Below are positions 19,258 to 29,237 of a DNA stretch of 64,000 bases, piece by piece. Numbering within the stretch: position 1 is the stretch's first letter; the number at the start of each line of letters is the position of its first letter. Under the pieces are notes generated by a model. The model did no database searches. It was not told where the DNA came from and worked only from the letters and a program-made list of their open reading frames with translations. The DNA is from an uncultured Gemmatimonadaceae bacterium (GTDB taxonomy: Bacteria; Gemmatimonadota; Gemmatimonadetes; Gemmatimonadales; Gemmatimonadaceae), in contig CAWFQK010000001.1 in assembly GCA_963817955.1 (NCBI GenBank), forward strand, positions 352,001 to 416,000. Reading direction: 5' to 3'. A program made the position numbers and the translations under genes.

Positions 19258-20133
19258 TCAGTGTGCGGCATCCACCACGCCGCAAGTCGCGTCCATGTGC
19301 GCGCGGAACTCGGCGAACAATCGTGTGGCGATTGGTCCGGGGGTACCCGGCCCAACCGGCCGGTCGTTCAGGCGAACGATCGGCATCACGTCCGCCGTCG
19401 TCCCGGCGAGGAACAGCTCTTCCAGGCGCGGAATGTCGCGCTCCACGAACGGCTCCTCGCATACACCCATACCCAGTGACCGGGCGATATCGAGCACAAC
19501 AGCGCGCGTGATCCCCGGCAGGATGAGGTTGCTCGTCGGATGCGTGCGAATGACGCCGTCGAGCACGCCGAACACGTTCGAGTGCGACCCTTCGGTGAAC
19601 ACGCCGTCGCGAATCATCAACGCTTCCATGGCCCCTCGCTCGGCTGCGGCCTGCTTCGCGAGGACGTTCGGCAGCAATTGCACGGTCTTGATATCGCAAC
19701 GCAGCCAACGGATATCCGGAATCGTGATCGCCGCGGCGCCGCGCTGACGCACGTTGTCAGGCGGCATCAAGCGATTCACCATCGCAAATACTGTGGGGAC
19801 GGTGCCGGCTGGCGGGAACTGATGCGTCCGCGTGGCAACGCCGCGCGTGATTTCCAGATACAGGGTTGCCTCACCGTCCAGGAGCCCGCACTCGCGGATG
19901 AGGCGATCGGCAACCTCCTGGAGGACCTCGGCGCGCACGATGTCCGGCGCCGGAATGCGCAGCTCGCCGAGCCCGTACGCCAGGCGCTGCACGTGTCGGT
20001 CTCGTTCAAAGAGGCGCCCGTTAACAACACGCCACACGTCATAGACGCCGTCGCCGAAAATGAATCCACGATCCTCGATCGGGACACTCGCCTGTGCGCG
20101 TGGAATGAACTGGCCGTTCAGGTAGCAGACCAT
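19258..20133 (-). CDS. dat: D-amino-acid aminotransferase (class IV PLP)
   Basis: EDRGFIFGDGVY, DIRWLRCDIKT, TEGSHSN, ILPGITR and ELFLAGTT motifs. Confidence 0.85.
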   Translation of the reverse strand: MVCYLNGQFIPRAQASVPIEDRGFIFGDGVYDVWRVVNGRLFERDRHVQRLAYGLGELRIPAPDIVRAEVLQEVADRLIRECGLLDGEATLYLEITRGVATRTHQFPPAGTVPTVFAMVNRLMPPDNVRQRGAAAITIPDIRWLRCDIKTVQLLPNVLAKQAAAERGAMEALMIRDGVFTEGSHSNVFGVLDGVIRTHPTSNLILPGITRAVVLDIARSLGMGVCEEPFVERDIPRLEELFLAGTTADVMPIVRLNDRPVGPGTPGPIATRLFAEFRAHMDATCGVVDAAH

Positions 20134-20203
20134 GCTGAAAAGTAGATTGGCTGTCAGACGCCGCGCCATGGGCGCGCCGCAAGTCGGCGCACCTCCGGCA
20201 CGT

Positions 20204-23200
20204 TCAATCCCCTCCCACCACTGCGTGCTCCGCCGTCATTTGCTTCGGCGACATCCCGAAGCGACGGGCGATCGCCTGGCGCCATTCGTCGAGAATCTCA
20301 TACCCTGTCGGAATCACCAGCAGTGTGAGGAACGTCGACGTGATCACGCCACCGATCACTGCCACACCCAAGGGAGCACGGAACTGAGCGCCCTCGCCGC
20401 GGCCGAAAGCGACTGGAACCATGCCGGCGATCAGCGCGAACGTCGTCATGAGAATGGGACGCAAGCGAATCGCGCCGGCTTCGATCAGGGCTTCGCGCAA
20501 GGGCAGTCCCCGTTCTTCTCGCGACCACTTCGCGAAATCGATCAGCAGAATGGCATTCTTGGCCACGATGCCCATGAGCAGGATCACCCCGATCAGGCTC
20601 ATGATGTTGATCGTCAGTCCAGTGATGGCGAGCGACAACATCACTCCGATGAGCGAGAGCGGCAGCGACATGAGAATCGCGATCGGGTCGATGAACGACC
20701 CGAATTGCACGACGAGAATGAGGTACATCAACAGCACGGCGATCCCCAGCGCCGAGAAGATTTGACCAAACACCTCGGCCTGCGACTCCGCGTCGCCGCC
20801 GATGGTGTAGCGCACGCCGGCCGGCAGTCGCATCTTCGCCATCCGGGCCTCAATGTCCGCCGTCACGTCACCCGCCGGGCGGCCGGCCGTGTTCAGCTCC
20901 ACGGTCACCACCGGATCGCGATTCAGGTGATCGATGATCGCTGGACCCACGCCCTCATGAATGCTCGCCACCTGGCCGAGCGGCATCATCGATGGCTGTC
21001 CGGTCGGTCCGGTAACGAGCATCGGAAGCTGAACGAGATCCGATGCCCGCTGCCTCGATTCGGGAGTGAGGCGCACCGTGACCTTGCGCGACTTCCCCGT
21101 TGGATCGATCCAATACCCGGCGTCGATGCCGGCGAACGCCGGGCGAAGCGACTGCGCCACTTGCCCGACCGTCAATCCGAGCGATCCGGCGACACCGCGA
21201 TTGAGTTCGATCTCCAATTCCGGCTTCTGCCCCTTCGTCGAAAGACCGATATCCACGGCACCGGGCACCTGCTGCACTTCGGCGCGCACCATGTCGGCCG
21301 CCTGCGCGAGTGCCGCGATATCCTGTCCGCGAAGCTGCAACTGGATCTGCTTGAAGCCGCCGCCGAAATCGCTCGTAAACACGGACACGGAGGCACCGAC
21401 GACATGTTTCATTTCCCCACGCAGCTCTTCCGCGAGCTGCTCGACCGATTTCGTGCGCTGGTTCTTCGGCACCGTCCGCACGTAGATGTTGCCTTCGTCC
21501 ACGCCCCCGGTCGCGCCGTTCCCGAGCGTGCTGTAGGTGTACACAACTTCACCGCGGTGCGCGCGCGCGATCGCCGCCGCTTCTTCGGCCTTCAGGCGCG
21601 TGTACTCGAGATTCGATCCAGGCGGGGTCTCCAGGGCCATCGTGAACTCGCCACGGTCGTCGTCCGGAAAAAACGCCGTGCCAACGGTGCGAACCGGGGG
21701 GACGAGTTGCGGCAAGATGAGAAAGGCCGCCAGTCCGGCCAGCACGGTGACGACCCGAGCTGGCGCGTTCAATCCGCGTTTCGTCAAGCCGAATACCGTG
21801 ACGGCGATGCCGACGATCGCAACCGCAAGCCCGCTCACCCCACGGGTCGGCAACAAGAATGACGCAAAGAAGGTCAACGCAGCAATCGTCACCATCGCCG
21901 CGCGATGGTCGAGCGCCCAAGCAATGACGCGACGATAATTCTGCGCCTGTCCATTGAACCACCTGTTGAACTTGTCGAGCTGGCGCGTGATCCAGCCGCG
22001 TTCGTTCGGCGGTTTGTGCGGATCGGCCCAGTACGCCGACAACATCGGGTCCAGAGAGAACGAGACGAACAGCGATACGGCCACCGAGCAGGCGATCGTC
22101 AGTGCGAACGGCTTGAACCATTGGCCGCCCACGCCGGGCATGAACCCGATCGGGACGAATACGGCGAGAATTGAGAATGTCGTCGCCGCCACCGCGAGCC
22201 CGATCTCGTCGGTGCCATCGTGGGCAGCAGTGAAATGGTCTTTCCCCATCTCCACATGGCGCACGATGTTCTCGCGTACCACGATGGCGTCGTCGATCAG
22301 AATGCCGATCGCCAGCGACAGGCCGAGCAGCGACATCGTCTCGAGATTGAACCCGAGCATCCATACGGCGATGAAGCTCGCCAGCACTGAAATCGGCAGC
22401 GCAACTCCAGTGATGACCGTCGAACGCCACGAGTTGAGGAACAGAAACACCACGAGTACAGTGAGCACCGCGCCAAGCAGCAGCGCTTCTTCCACATTGC
22501 TCACGGCGTGCGTGACGCGCACGCCGGAGTCCTTCACCAGGTCGATCGTCGTACCCGTCGGCAGTGTTTGACTGATCTGCGCCACGCGATCGCGCACCTT
22601 GGCCGCGACATCGGTGGTGCTGTAGCCCTTCGACTTCTTGACATCGATGCCAATGGCCTCATGTCCGTTATACAACGCCAGAGTCCGTGGTTCCTCCGTC
22701 GCGTCACTGATGTTCGCCACCTGTCCCAGGCGGATGAGCTGGCCGTTCCGGTCAGCAATGACGAGGTTTTCGAATTCGGCCGGTGTCTCTATGCGCCCGC
22801 GCAAGCGAATGGTGCGCTCATCGAGTACACCATTCACGCGGCCAACCGGCGCCGCGAGATTCTGCGCTTCGAGCGCTTGCACTACCTGCGCGATGCTCAC
22901 GTTCGTCGACTGCAGCTTGTGCGGATCGACCTCGACCGTGAGCTCGCGTTCCACCTTGCCGAAGATCTGCACGTCGGCAACACCGGGAATCGCGCGGAGT
23001 TCGCGCGTGATCCCCGGATCGGCGAGCCGCGTCAATTCAGCGGGCGACAACACGGTTGACGACATGGCCACAGAAATGATCGGACGATCCGTGTCGTTGA
23101 ACTTCTGCACGATCGGTTCTTTCATTTCGACTGGCAGGTCGGCGCGGATCGACGAGATCGCGTCGCGGACTTCCTGCGACGCGACGTTGAGATCTTTCTC

Positions 23201-23491
23201 GTAGAGGAACTCGATCATCAGCATCGAGTAGCCGTCGTACGCCTTGCCGATGATGCGCTTCACGCCGGCGATCGAGCCGATCTGCTCCTCGACGGGCTTG
23301 AGCACTTCGCTCTCCACGACCTCGGGCGAGGCACCGGGATACACGATCCCCACCGTGAGCCAAGGTGGCGCGACGTCGGGGAACTCGTCCGTCTTCAGCT
23401 TCAACAGCGCGAAGGTTCCAAAGATCACCAGCGCGACCATCGCCACGACGGTGACAAGCGGCCGCTTGATCGCGAAATCGGAGATGATCAT
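20204..23491 (-). CDS. RND efflux permease (AcrB/AcrD/AcrF family)
   Basis: GILIDDAIVV, GIVAKNAILL and RLRPILMTT motifs; 1095 aa. Confidence 0.95.
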   Translation of the reverse strand: MIISDFAIKRPLVTVVAMVALVIFGTFALLKLKTDEFPDVAPPWLTVGIVYPGASPEVVESEVLKPVEEQIGSIAGVKRIIGKAYDGYSMLMIEFLYEKDLNVASQEVRDAISSIRADLPVEMKEPIVQKFNDTDRPIISVAMSSTVLSPAELTRLADPGITRELRAIPGVADVQIFGKVERELTVEVDPHKLQSTNVSIAQVVQALEAQNLAAPVGRVNGVLDERTIRLRGRIETPAEFENLVIADRNGQLIRLGQVANISDATEEPRTLALYNGHEAIGIDVKKSKGYSTTDVAAKVRDRVAQISQTLPTGTTIDLVKDSGVRVTHAVSNVEEALLLGAVLTVLVVFLFLNSWRSTVITGVALPISVLASFIAVWMLGFNLETMSLLGLSLAIGILIDDAIVVRENIVRHVEMGKDHFTAAHDGTDEIGLAVAATTFSILAVFVPIGFMPGVGGQWFKPFALTIACSVAVSLFVSFSLDPMLSAYWADPHKPPNERGWITRQLDKFNRWFNGQAQNYRRVIAWALDHRAAMVTIAALTFFASFLLPTRGVSGLAVAIVGIAVTVFGLTKRGLNAPARVVTVLAGLAAFLILPQLVPPVRTVGTAFFPDDDRGEFTMALETPPGSNLEYTRLKAEEAAAIARAHRGEVVYTYSTLGNGATGGVDEGNIYVRTVPKNQRTKSVEQLAEELRGEMKHVVGASVSVFTSDFGGGFKQIQLQLRGQDIAALAQAADMVRAEVQQVPGAVDIGLSTKGQKPELEIELNRGVAGSLGLTVGQVAQSLRPAFAGIDAGYWIDPTGKSRKVTVRLTPESRQRASDLVQLPMLVTGPTGQPSMMPLGQVASIHEGVGPAIIDHLNRDPVVTVELNTAGRPAGDVTADIEARMAKMRLPAGVRYTIGGDAESQAEVFGQIFSALGIAVLLMYLILVVQFGSFIDPIAILMSLPLSLIGVMLSLAITGLTINIMSLIGVILLMGIVAKNAILLIDFAKWSREERGLPLREALIEAGAIRLRPILMTTFALIAGMVPVAFGRGEGAQFRAPLGVAVIGGVITSTFLTLLVIPTGYEILDEWRQAIARRFGMSPKQMTAEHAVVGGD

Positions 23492-23530
23492 TTCGTCAGT
23501 CGTTGGGTGCCATGGCTAGTCGCTGGTTTC

Positions 23531-23558
23531 ACGAGCAACGAGCAACGAGCACGCAGCA
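23531..23558. repeat. Tandem heptamer repeat (ACGAGCA)x3 plus one degenerate unit
   Basis: ACGAGCA ACGAGCA ACGAGCA CGCAGCA, just past the MFP stop codon. Confidence 0.8.
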
Positions 23559-23567
23559 GCCCTCTGG

Positions 23568-24704
23568 TTATGGTTTCCGCCCGGTATCCGCCGCGACAGC
23601 GCTCACCCTCACCGGTGTCTTCTCGGAAATGCCGCGGGCTGCGCCGAGCAAAATGGTGTCGCCCGGTTGAATGCCACTGCGCACCTCCACCGTTTCCGTT
23701 GCGCCATCCCGAATGCCCAGATCCACTTCGGTCTTCTGCACGAGCCCGTTCTTGATCCGCATCACGAACGGACGCAGACCCCGCTCGTCCACCGCCGTCA
23801 ACGGCACCACCGGCGCCGTCCGCACGTCCGTTGCGACGTGCCCATCGGCGAACAAGCCGCCCACCAGTATGCCGTTCTGGTTCGGCAACGATACGATGAT
23901 GCGCACCTGGCGCGTCGCCGGGTCCGCGACCGGATTGATCAGCGTTACGCGTCCGGTGAACTGGCGGCTCGGATAGCCGTTCACCACAAAGTCCACGGGC
24001 GCACCGACATGCACCGCCGCAAGCTGATCCGCCGGCACCGAGGCCTCGAGGCGCATCGTGGCCGGATTGACGATCGTGTAGAGCGCAGCACCAGGCTGCA
24101 CGACGTCGCCCGCGCTCACTTGGCGCGCACTCACGATTCCCGTGAACGGTGCGTGCACCGTCGTCTTTGCAAGCTGTTTCTCCGCATTCACCAGTTGAGC
24201 CCGTGCGTTCGCCAGCTGCGCTTCGGCCGCCGAGTACTGGTTGCGCACCAGCTCGAGGTCGCGCTCGGCGATCGCGCCTGCCTTGATCAACGCCTCGTCC
24301 CGCTCGACTTGCCGTTTCGCCAAGTCGGCGCTGTTCTGAGCGGTGGTCACTGCGGCGCGCGCCGACAGCTCCGTTTCGCGCAATGCGGCGTCATCGATCC
24401 GGGCCAGCACCGTGCCGTTCGCCACGCGCTGACCCTGTTCGGCGTACGTCTGCAACACGGCACCGCCGACTTCGGCGCGCACATTCGCCTGCTCCTCAGG
24501 CGTGAGTGTGCCGGAGATAGCCGGTCCGGAGCGAATCTGCGCCGCCTTCACTACGGCAATGTTCTCCGGACCGACCACCATTTGGGTCGGTGCGGTCGCC
24601 GCCTTGGTCGTGTCAGGGCCCTTACAGGCCACACACGCAATGGAAGCCAGTACGAGAGCGGTCGTGAAGCCGCGATTATGGAGAGTGTGGCCTGCCCGTG
24701 TCAT
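23568..24704 (-). CDS. RND periplasmic adaptor (MFP) subunit
   Basis: Signal/lipobox, coiled-coil hairpin, APFTGIV, GDVVQPG and NPVADPATR motifs. Confidence 0.93.
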   Translation of the reverse strand: MTRAGHTLHNRGFTTALVLASIACVACKGPDTTKAATAPTQMVVGPENIAVVKAAQIRSGPAISGTLTPEEQANVRAEVGGAVLQTYAEQGQRVANGTVLARIDDAALRETELSARAAVTTAQNSADLAKRQVERDEALIKAGAIAERDLELVRNQYSAAEAQLANARAQLVNAEKQLAKTTVHAPFTGIVSARQVSAGDVVQPGAALYTIVNPATMRLEASVPADQLAAVHVGAPVDFVVNGYPSRQFTGRVTLINPVADPATRQVRIIVSLPNQNGILVGGLFADGHVATDVRTAPVVPLTAVDERGLRPFVMRIKNGLVQKTEVDLGIRDGATETVEVRSGIQPGDTILLGAARGISEKTPVRVSAVAADTGRKP

Positions 24705-26377
24705 GGCTGAATGCCCCCGCCTGTGGTGCTGCCCACACCGCTGGCAGACTGTGTTGAGGTTCCGGTGGATTGCTGTTGTTGTGGTTGTTGCTGCTGCTGC
24801 TGCGCTGTGCTCGCTGCATTGGCGCCGCCGGTCGTGGACCCGCCCGCCTGTATCGGCAAATCGCGCAGCAAGGCGAGGCGCACGCGAGCGACGGCAAGAT
24901 TCCGCGCCGCCTGCGCGCGATTCGCCCGCGCCTGCTCGAGCAGCAATCGCGACTGTGCGAGGTCCGTCTGCGTCGAGATGCCTTCGCGAAAGCGCACCTG
25001 ATCGATGCCGTACGCCCGCTGCGCCTGTTCAGCGGTTCCGCGGCTTGCCTCCCACGTCGATTGCGCTTCCTGCAGCGCGTTGAGAGCGACGCGTGTGTCG
25101 AGCGCGGCGAACTGGCGCGTTTGCTCACGTTGGGCGCGTGCTTGCTGCAATCCGGCCTGCGCGACGAGCTGGTCGCCGTGAATGCGGCCCCCGTCGAGCA
25201 GCGGGAAGTTCGTGGACAGCCCGACCGTCCAGTTGTTCACGCCGCTCGAGAGCGAGGGAAAGACGCCCGGAGGGAAGTACAATCGTTGGTAGTTCGAGAC
25301 GATGGCCAGTGACGGATACCGCTCGGAGCGCGCGACGCGGATCTGCGCTTCCTGAGCGTGCACGGCTTCGTCCAGTTCCCGTACCGGGGCGCGGTCCGAC
25401 ACCGAAGTGTCAACCGCCGTGCTCGTCACCATCGCCGGTACCGCCGGACCGCTCGCTTCCTCGATGCTCGTGGTGAGCAGCAGATTGTCGTCCAGCGACA
25501 CGTTGAGCAGCTGCTTGAGCCGCAGATATGCCACCTGCCGGTTCGCGCGTGCCTGAATGACGACGGGGAGCTGGTTGTCGTGCGTTACCTGTGCGCGCAG
25601 GAGGTCGTACTCCGACGCGTTACCGACCTGGCGAGCGACTCGCGTCTGCGCGAGCAGGGCGGCCGTCTGCGCCAACGACGAGTCGGCGATCGCCACGAGC
25701 TGGTCAGCGAGTGCGGCGTCGTAGTACGCCGACGTGACATCGAGCGATACTTGGGCGAGTTGCGCCGCGACCTCGATGTTCGCTGAACGGAGTTGCGCCT
25801 CCGCCGCTTGGTTCTGGGCGACGATGCGACCGCCAGCGAACACGTTCTGCGAGAAAGAAAGTCCAAGCGCCCACTGGTTGGTGGCGCCGAAGCTCGTCTT
25901 GCTCAGATCGAACCCGCCACTCCCGCCGGCTGGGGGACAGCTGGCCGCCTCTGCCAGGGCCGCCGCACGCTCGGCAGGCGTGGCGGTTGAGGAGATGAAT
26001 GGAGTGCAGAGCGACTGCGTCGTCGGTACGATAGGCGCCGCAGGACTGCTCGAGAGGCCCGAAAACTGTGATTTGAGCGTTTTGGTATAGCCGGCCGTGC
26101 CGCTGAGCTGCGGCAGGTTCTGGCTGAACGCCTGCGCGCGCTGTCCGGAGGCACGCCTCACGCCGGCACGTGCCATCTCGACGCTCTGACTCTGCGCCTG
26201 CGCAATGCGCAGCGCGTCGTCAAGCGACAGTCGGACGGAACCGAGGGCCGGCTGCTGTCCGCCAGCGCGTCCAGCGCCCAACGCGCCAAGCGACAGTACC
26301 AACAACGCCGCGACCGCAAAGCGGCCAGTCCGCGGGCCCGCGCTGCGCAGCATGCCGCGCATCGGAACGGATATCAT
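24701..26377 (-). CDS. TolC-family outer-membrane efflux protein
   Basis: LSLDDAL and two OEP repeats (VTSAYYD, GNASEYDLLRAQ, GISTQTDL). ATGA overlap with the MFP gene. Confidence 0.9.
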   Translation of the reverse strand: MISVPMRGMLRSAGPRTGRFAVAALLVLSLGALGAGRAGGQQPALGSVRLSLDDALRIAQAQSQSVEMARAGVRRASGQRAQAFSQNLPQLSGTAGYTKTLKSQFSGLSSSPAAPIVPTTQSLCTPFISSTATPAERAAALAEAASCPPAGGSGGFDLSKTSFGATNQWALGLSFSQNVFAGGRIVAQNQAAEAQLRSANIEVAAQLAQVSLDVTSAYYDAALADQLVAIADSSLAQTAALLAQTRVARQVGNASEYDLLRAQVTHDNQLPVVIQARANRQVAYLRLKQLLNVSLDDNLLLTTSIEEASGPAVPAMVTSTAVDTSVSDRAPVRELDEAVHAQEAQIRVARSERYPSLAIVSNYQRLYFPPGVFPSLSSGVNNWTVGLSTNFPLLDGGRIHGDQLVAQAGLQQARAQREQTRQFAALDTRVALNALQEAQSTWEASRGTAEQAQRAYGIDQVRFREGISTQTDLAQSRLLLEQARANRAQAARNLAVARVRLALLRDLPIQAGGSTTGGANAASTAQQQQQQPQQQQSTGTSTQSASGVGSTTGGGIQP

Positions 26378-26413
26378 GGTCGGAGGTTCAATGGGAATCG
26401 AATCGGTCGCGGC

Positions 26414-27028
26414 TCAGTCACCAGCGACCGAGCGAACGTGAGTGGCGCGGTGGCTGGCAGCTTCGACGCCGAGCGCGCGCAGGAAGACCCGTACGTATTT
26501 CGCAGGCGCTTCGTTTTCGGGCTGGGGGAAAGCGTTCGGCATGATATCCCGGGAGATGGCGTCGCCGAACATCGAGCTCATGAGCATGGCCACTGCCGTC
26601 GGAATGTCCCCGTCCGAATCGGCCAAGCCCATCGATCGCAGGCGTAGCACATAATCGGTGAGAATCATGCCGGCGCAGTTCGGTCCTTCGCACATCGAGA
26701 CCGCGGCCTCGGGGCGCTCCTCGATCTCGCCGAGCGACGTGCGAATGAGCGCGCGGTTCATCCGCATGTGGCCCAACACTGCGAAGACCCAGACCGTGAT
26801 TTCGTCCTGCGGATCGACCGGATTGTCGGGCAGTGGGGGAATTGGCGACTGCGCGACATGCGTGGTGAGCAGCGCCTCGAAGAGTGCCGCCTTCGATCCG
26901 AAGATTCGGAAGAGGGTGACCTCGTTGACGTCGGCAGCAATAGCGATGAGGCGAGTTGTCGCCCCTCGGAAGCCGTGCTGCGCGTAGACGGTCTTCGCCG
27001 CTGCCAGAATGCGATCACGAATGTCCAT
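26414..27028 (-). CDS. TetR/AcrR family transcriptional regulator
   Basis: N-terminal HTH RILAAA...GFRGATTRLIA.AADVNEVTLFRIFGSK. Confidence 0.92.
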   Translation of the reverse strand: MDIRDRILAAAKTVYAQHGFRGATTRLIAIAADVNEVTLFRIFGSKAALFEALLTTHVAQSPIPPLPDNPVDPQDEITVWVFAVLGHMRMNRALIRTSLGEIEERPEAAVSMCEGPNCAGMILTDYVLRLRSMGLADSDGDIPTAVAMLMSSMFGDAISRDIMPNAFPQPENEAPAKYVRVFLRALGVEAASHRATHVRSVAGD

Positions 27029-27062
27029 GGGCCGTAAAGCCTAGGCGGCTTCGGAGCGTGAT

Positions 27063-27078
27063 GCAAGTGGTTACTTAC
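27063..27078. promoter_or_regulatory. Putative TetR operator (imperfect palindrome)
   Basis: GCAAGT-GGTT-ACTTAC, 35-50 nt upstream of the tetR start. Confidence 0.5.
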
Positions 27079-27195
27079 TTTCTAACCTGCTAACTGCCGC
27101 ACGGTCGCCATCGGTAAAAGACCGCACAAACTGTCCGCTATTTCCTGACCAAGAATCCAGTTAGCTCGGACAGAGAGTCAGACCCTAAACCGGCA

Positions 27196-27215
27196 TTCTC
27201 ATCTTGGGATGAGAA
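27196..27215. promoter_or_regulatory. Perfect inverted repeat upstream of the rrf2-family gene (operator or 5'UTR hairpin)
   Basis: TTCTCATC-TTGG-GATGAGAA. Confidence 0.45.
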
Positions 27216-27237
27216 ACTCGTTGACCGGAGATGATTC

Positions 27238-27699
27238 GTGCTTTCCAACACATCCGATTACGCCCTGCGCGCCGCCCTCGTGCTCGCTCGCGCCTACGGT
27301 GCCCGCACGGTACGCGCGGACGAGGTCGCTGCCGCCACCGGCACTCCGCGCAACTACATGGCGAAAGTGCTCAACGGTCTTGCCAAGTCCGGACTCGTCA
27401 CCAGCGCCCGCGGCCCGGCCGGCGGATTCATGCTCGCCGAGGCGCCCCAAAACGTCACACTCGCCGAGGTTATCGATGTCTTCGACGAGCCACGGCGTCA
27501 CACGCGCTGCCTGCTCGGCAACGGTCCGTGCAATCCGCTCGGTCCGTGTGCCGCACACCAGGCCTGGAGCGCCGTCATGGTCGCTCGCCGCGATGCGCTC
27601 GTGAAGCTCACGCTCGCCGATCTGCTCTCCGGGCGCGGCGGTTCGTTCGGTCCTGATGCGTCAGTTGAGCTTCCGTCCCGTGCAGCATTCACCGCATAG
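27238..27699 (+). CDS. Rrf2-family transcriptional regulator with three Cys
   Basis: SDYALRA, YMAKVL, SARGPAGGF and CLLGNGPCNPLGPCAAH motifs. Confidence 0.92.
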   Translation: MLSNTSDYALRAALVLARAYGARTVRADEVAAATGTPRNYMAKVLNGLAKSGLVTSARGPAGGFMLAEAPQNVTLAEVIDVFDEPRRHTRCLLGNGPCNPLGPCAAHQAWSAVMVARRDALVKLTLADLLSGRGGSFGPDASVELPSRAAFTA

Positions 27700-27753
27700 C
27701 CGGGCATCAGCCTTGGGCGTTGTAGATACCTCGACCTGCGCGGCGGTGCTTTG

Positions 27754-28266
27754 ATGGATTGGTTCGTGAAGGCATTCATCAAGGCAAGCGTCAGCTGGCT
27801 TGCGGCCGGCGCCCTCATCGGTACGGCCATGGCGGTTCACCCGGTATGGACCGTCTATCGTCCGGCGCACGTTCACATCATGCTGCTCGGCTTCGTGACC
27901 ATGATGATCTACGGTGTGGCGTATCATGTCATTCCGCGCTTCGCAGGTCATCCGCTGGCTGGGCGCCGCGCCGTGGCGGTGCATGTCTGGATTGCCAACA
28001 TCGGTCTGGCATTGATGGTGGCAGGGTTCGTCCTGCGCGCGAACGGCGCGGCGCTCGGCACTCCGCTGTTGTCGGCAGGTGGCACATTGGCCGGTATCGG
28101 TGCCTACATCTTCGCGGTCGTGGTGTGGCGCACCATTGATGGCCCCGCTCGAATGCGCAAGTTACGGGAGTCGGCGGCTCGATCCAACGCACCTGGCCCT
28201 CCGAAGACCTCCACCGAGGTTTCAGCCGCGAGCCCCGGACGACGTCTCCCTCTCGCAGGTGATTGA
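27754..28266 (+). CDS. Small 4-TM membrane protein resembling a heme-copper oxidase subunit I fragment
   Basis: PAHVHIMLLGFVTMMIYGVAYHVIPRF motif and four hydrophobic segments. Confidence 0.65.
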   Translation: MDWFVKAFIKASVSWLAAGALIGTAMAVHPVWTVYRPAHVHIMLLGFVTMMIYGVAYHVIPRFAGHPLAGRRAVAVHVWIANIGLALMVAGFVLRANGAALGTPLLSAGGTLAGIGAYIFAVVVWRTIDGPARMRKLRESAARSNAPGPPKTSTEVSAASPGRRLPLAGD

Positions 28267-28280
28267 GGCAGCGTGAAATA

Positions 28281-28315
28281 AACACAACGCCCGGGGATAC
28301 CCCAGGCGTTGTGTT
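28281..28315. terminator. Hairpin between convergent genes
   Basis: AACACAACGCCCGGGG-ATA-CCCCAGGCGTTGTGTT. Confidence 0.7.
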
Positions 28316-28356
28316 CAACCAGCGCACCCAATCGCTTGGGCAGGTCCAGTTCGCAC

Positions 28357-29028
28357 TTACGGCTTCTTCTTGGCCGGGGCTTTTTCGGTAGTGGCCGCTG
28401 CGCCGGTGGCTGCGGTCGGGCTGTTGAGTTTACTCTGAATGGCCTGCGCCTTGGTGAGATGCCCCTGGATAGTTGGGATCGCCTTCGTGACCAGGGCCTT
28501 CAGAGACGTATCCTGCGCAGCGCCCTGTGCAGTCTGGAGCAGCGACAGCACGCTCTGGTGTACTGCCACTTCGTGATCCATATACGCCTTGTCCCACGCG
28601 GCACCCTTCGCCTGCGCATTCAGGCTGTCAGACATCTTTGACAACGTCGCCGGCAGTGTGTCGTCCGCCGGCGGCTGCGGTGTCAGATTCAGCTTCTTGG
28701 CCAGATCCTGTCCAGCTTTGCGTAGTGCGTGATGGTCGCGTACCATCGTCCGGCCAAAATCCTTGACGGACGCGGCGGTGCCCTTCTTTTCTGCGATGGC
28801 TCCCCACGTGCTGTCCGCAGCATTGGCCTCATCGAGTAGCGCAGCGATATTCGCGTCGTTCAGCGCTGCTGGGGCCGGCGCCACCGGTGCCGGTGCCGGT
28901 GCGGTCGCCTTCGCCGTCGTTTCGGTCGCGGCCGCCGTCGTATCAGCAACTTTTTCACTCTTCGAGCATGCCGCCCAGAGCGTGCATGCACCGAGCAAGG
29001 CTATCCCGCGAGAATGGCGAATCGACAT
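28357..29028 (-). CDS. DUF4142-domain lipoprotein
   Basis: GGAGG RBS, LWAAC lipobox, VKDFGRTMVRDH, WDKAYMDHEVAVH and PTIQGHL motifs. Confidence 0.85.
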   Translation of the reverse strand: MSIRHSRGIALLGACTLWAACSKSEKVADTTAAATETTAKATAPAPAPVAPAPAALNDANIAALLDEANAADSTWGAIAEKKGTAASVKDFGRTMVRDHHALRKAGQDLAKKLNLTPQPPADDTLPATLSKMSDSLNAQAKGAAWDKAYMDHEVAVHQSVLSLLQTAQGAAQDTSLKALVTKAIPTIQGHLTKAQAIQSKLNSPTAATGAAATTEKAPAKKKP

Positions 29029-29237
29029 ACGTTCCTCCGAACAGGGTATATCGCCCGGGCATCCGGGCGGGCTGGCGCTGCGATAGCAAGTTCTGTACGC
29101 ACGGCTCGTCCGCGCAAGCGAATGCCTCGCTGTGAGCAACATCACCAGGAATGGAAGCACTGGGACACATAGGTGTACGAGTATTGCGACTCCACGACGT
29201 GGGGTGGTATGCGTCTCAGGCAGGTTCGAGTGACAGT

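Noticed and set aside
29073..29088. Sigma54-like TGGC-N9-GC motif upstream of the DUF1906 gene
   Set aside because: It is only a partial consensus match and is expected by chance in GC-rich DNA.
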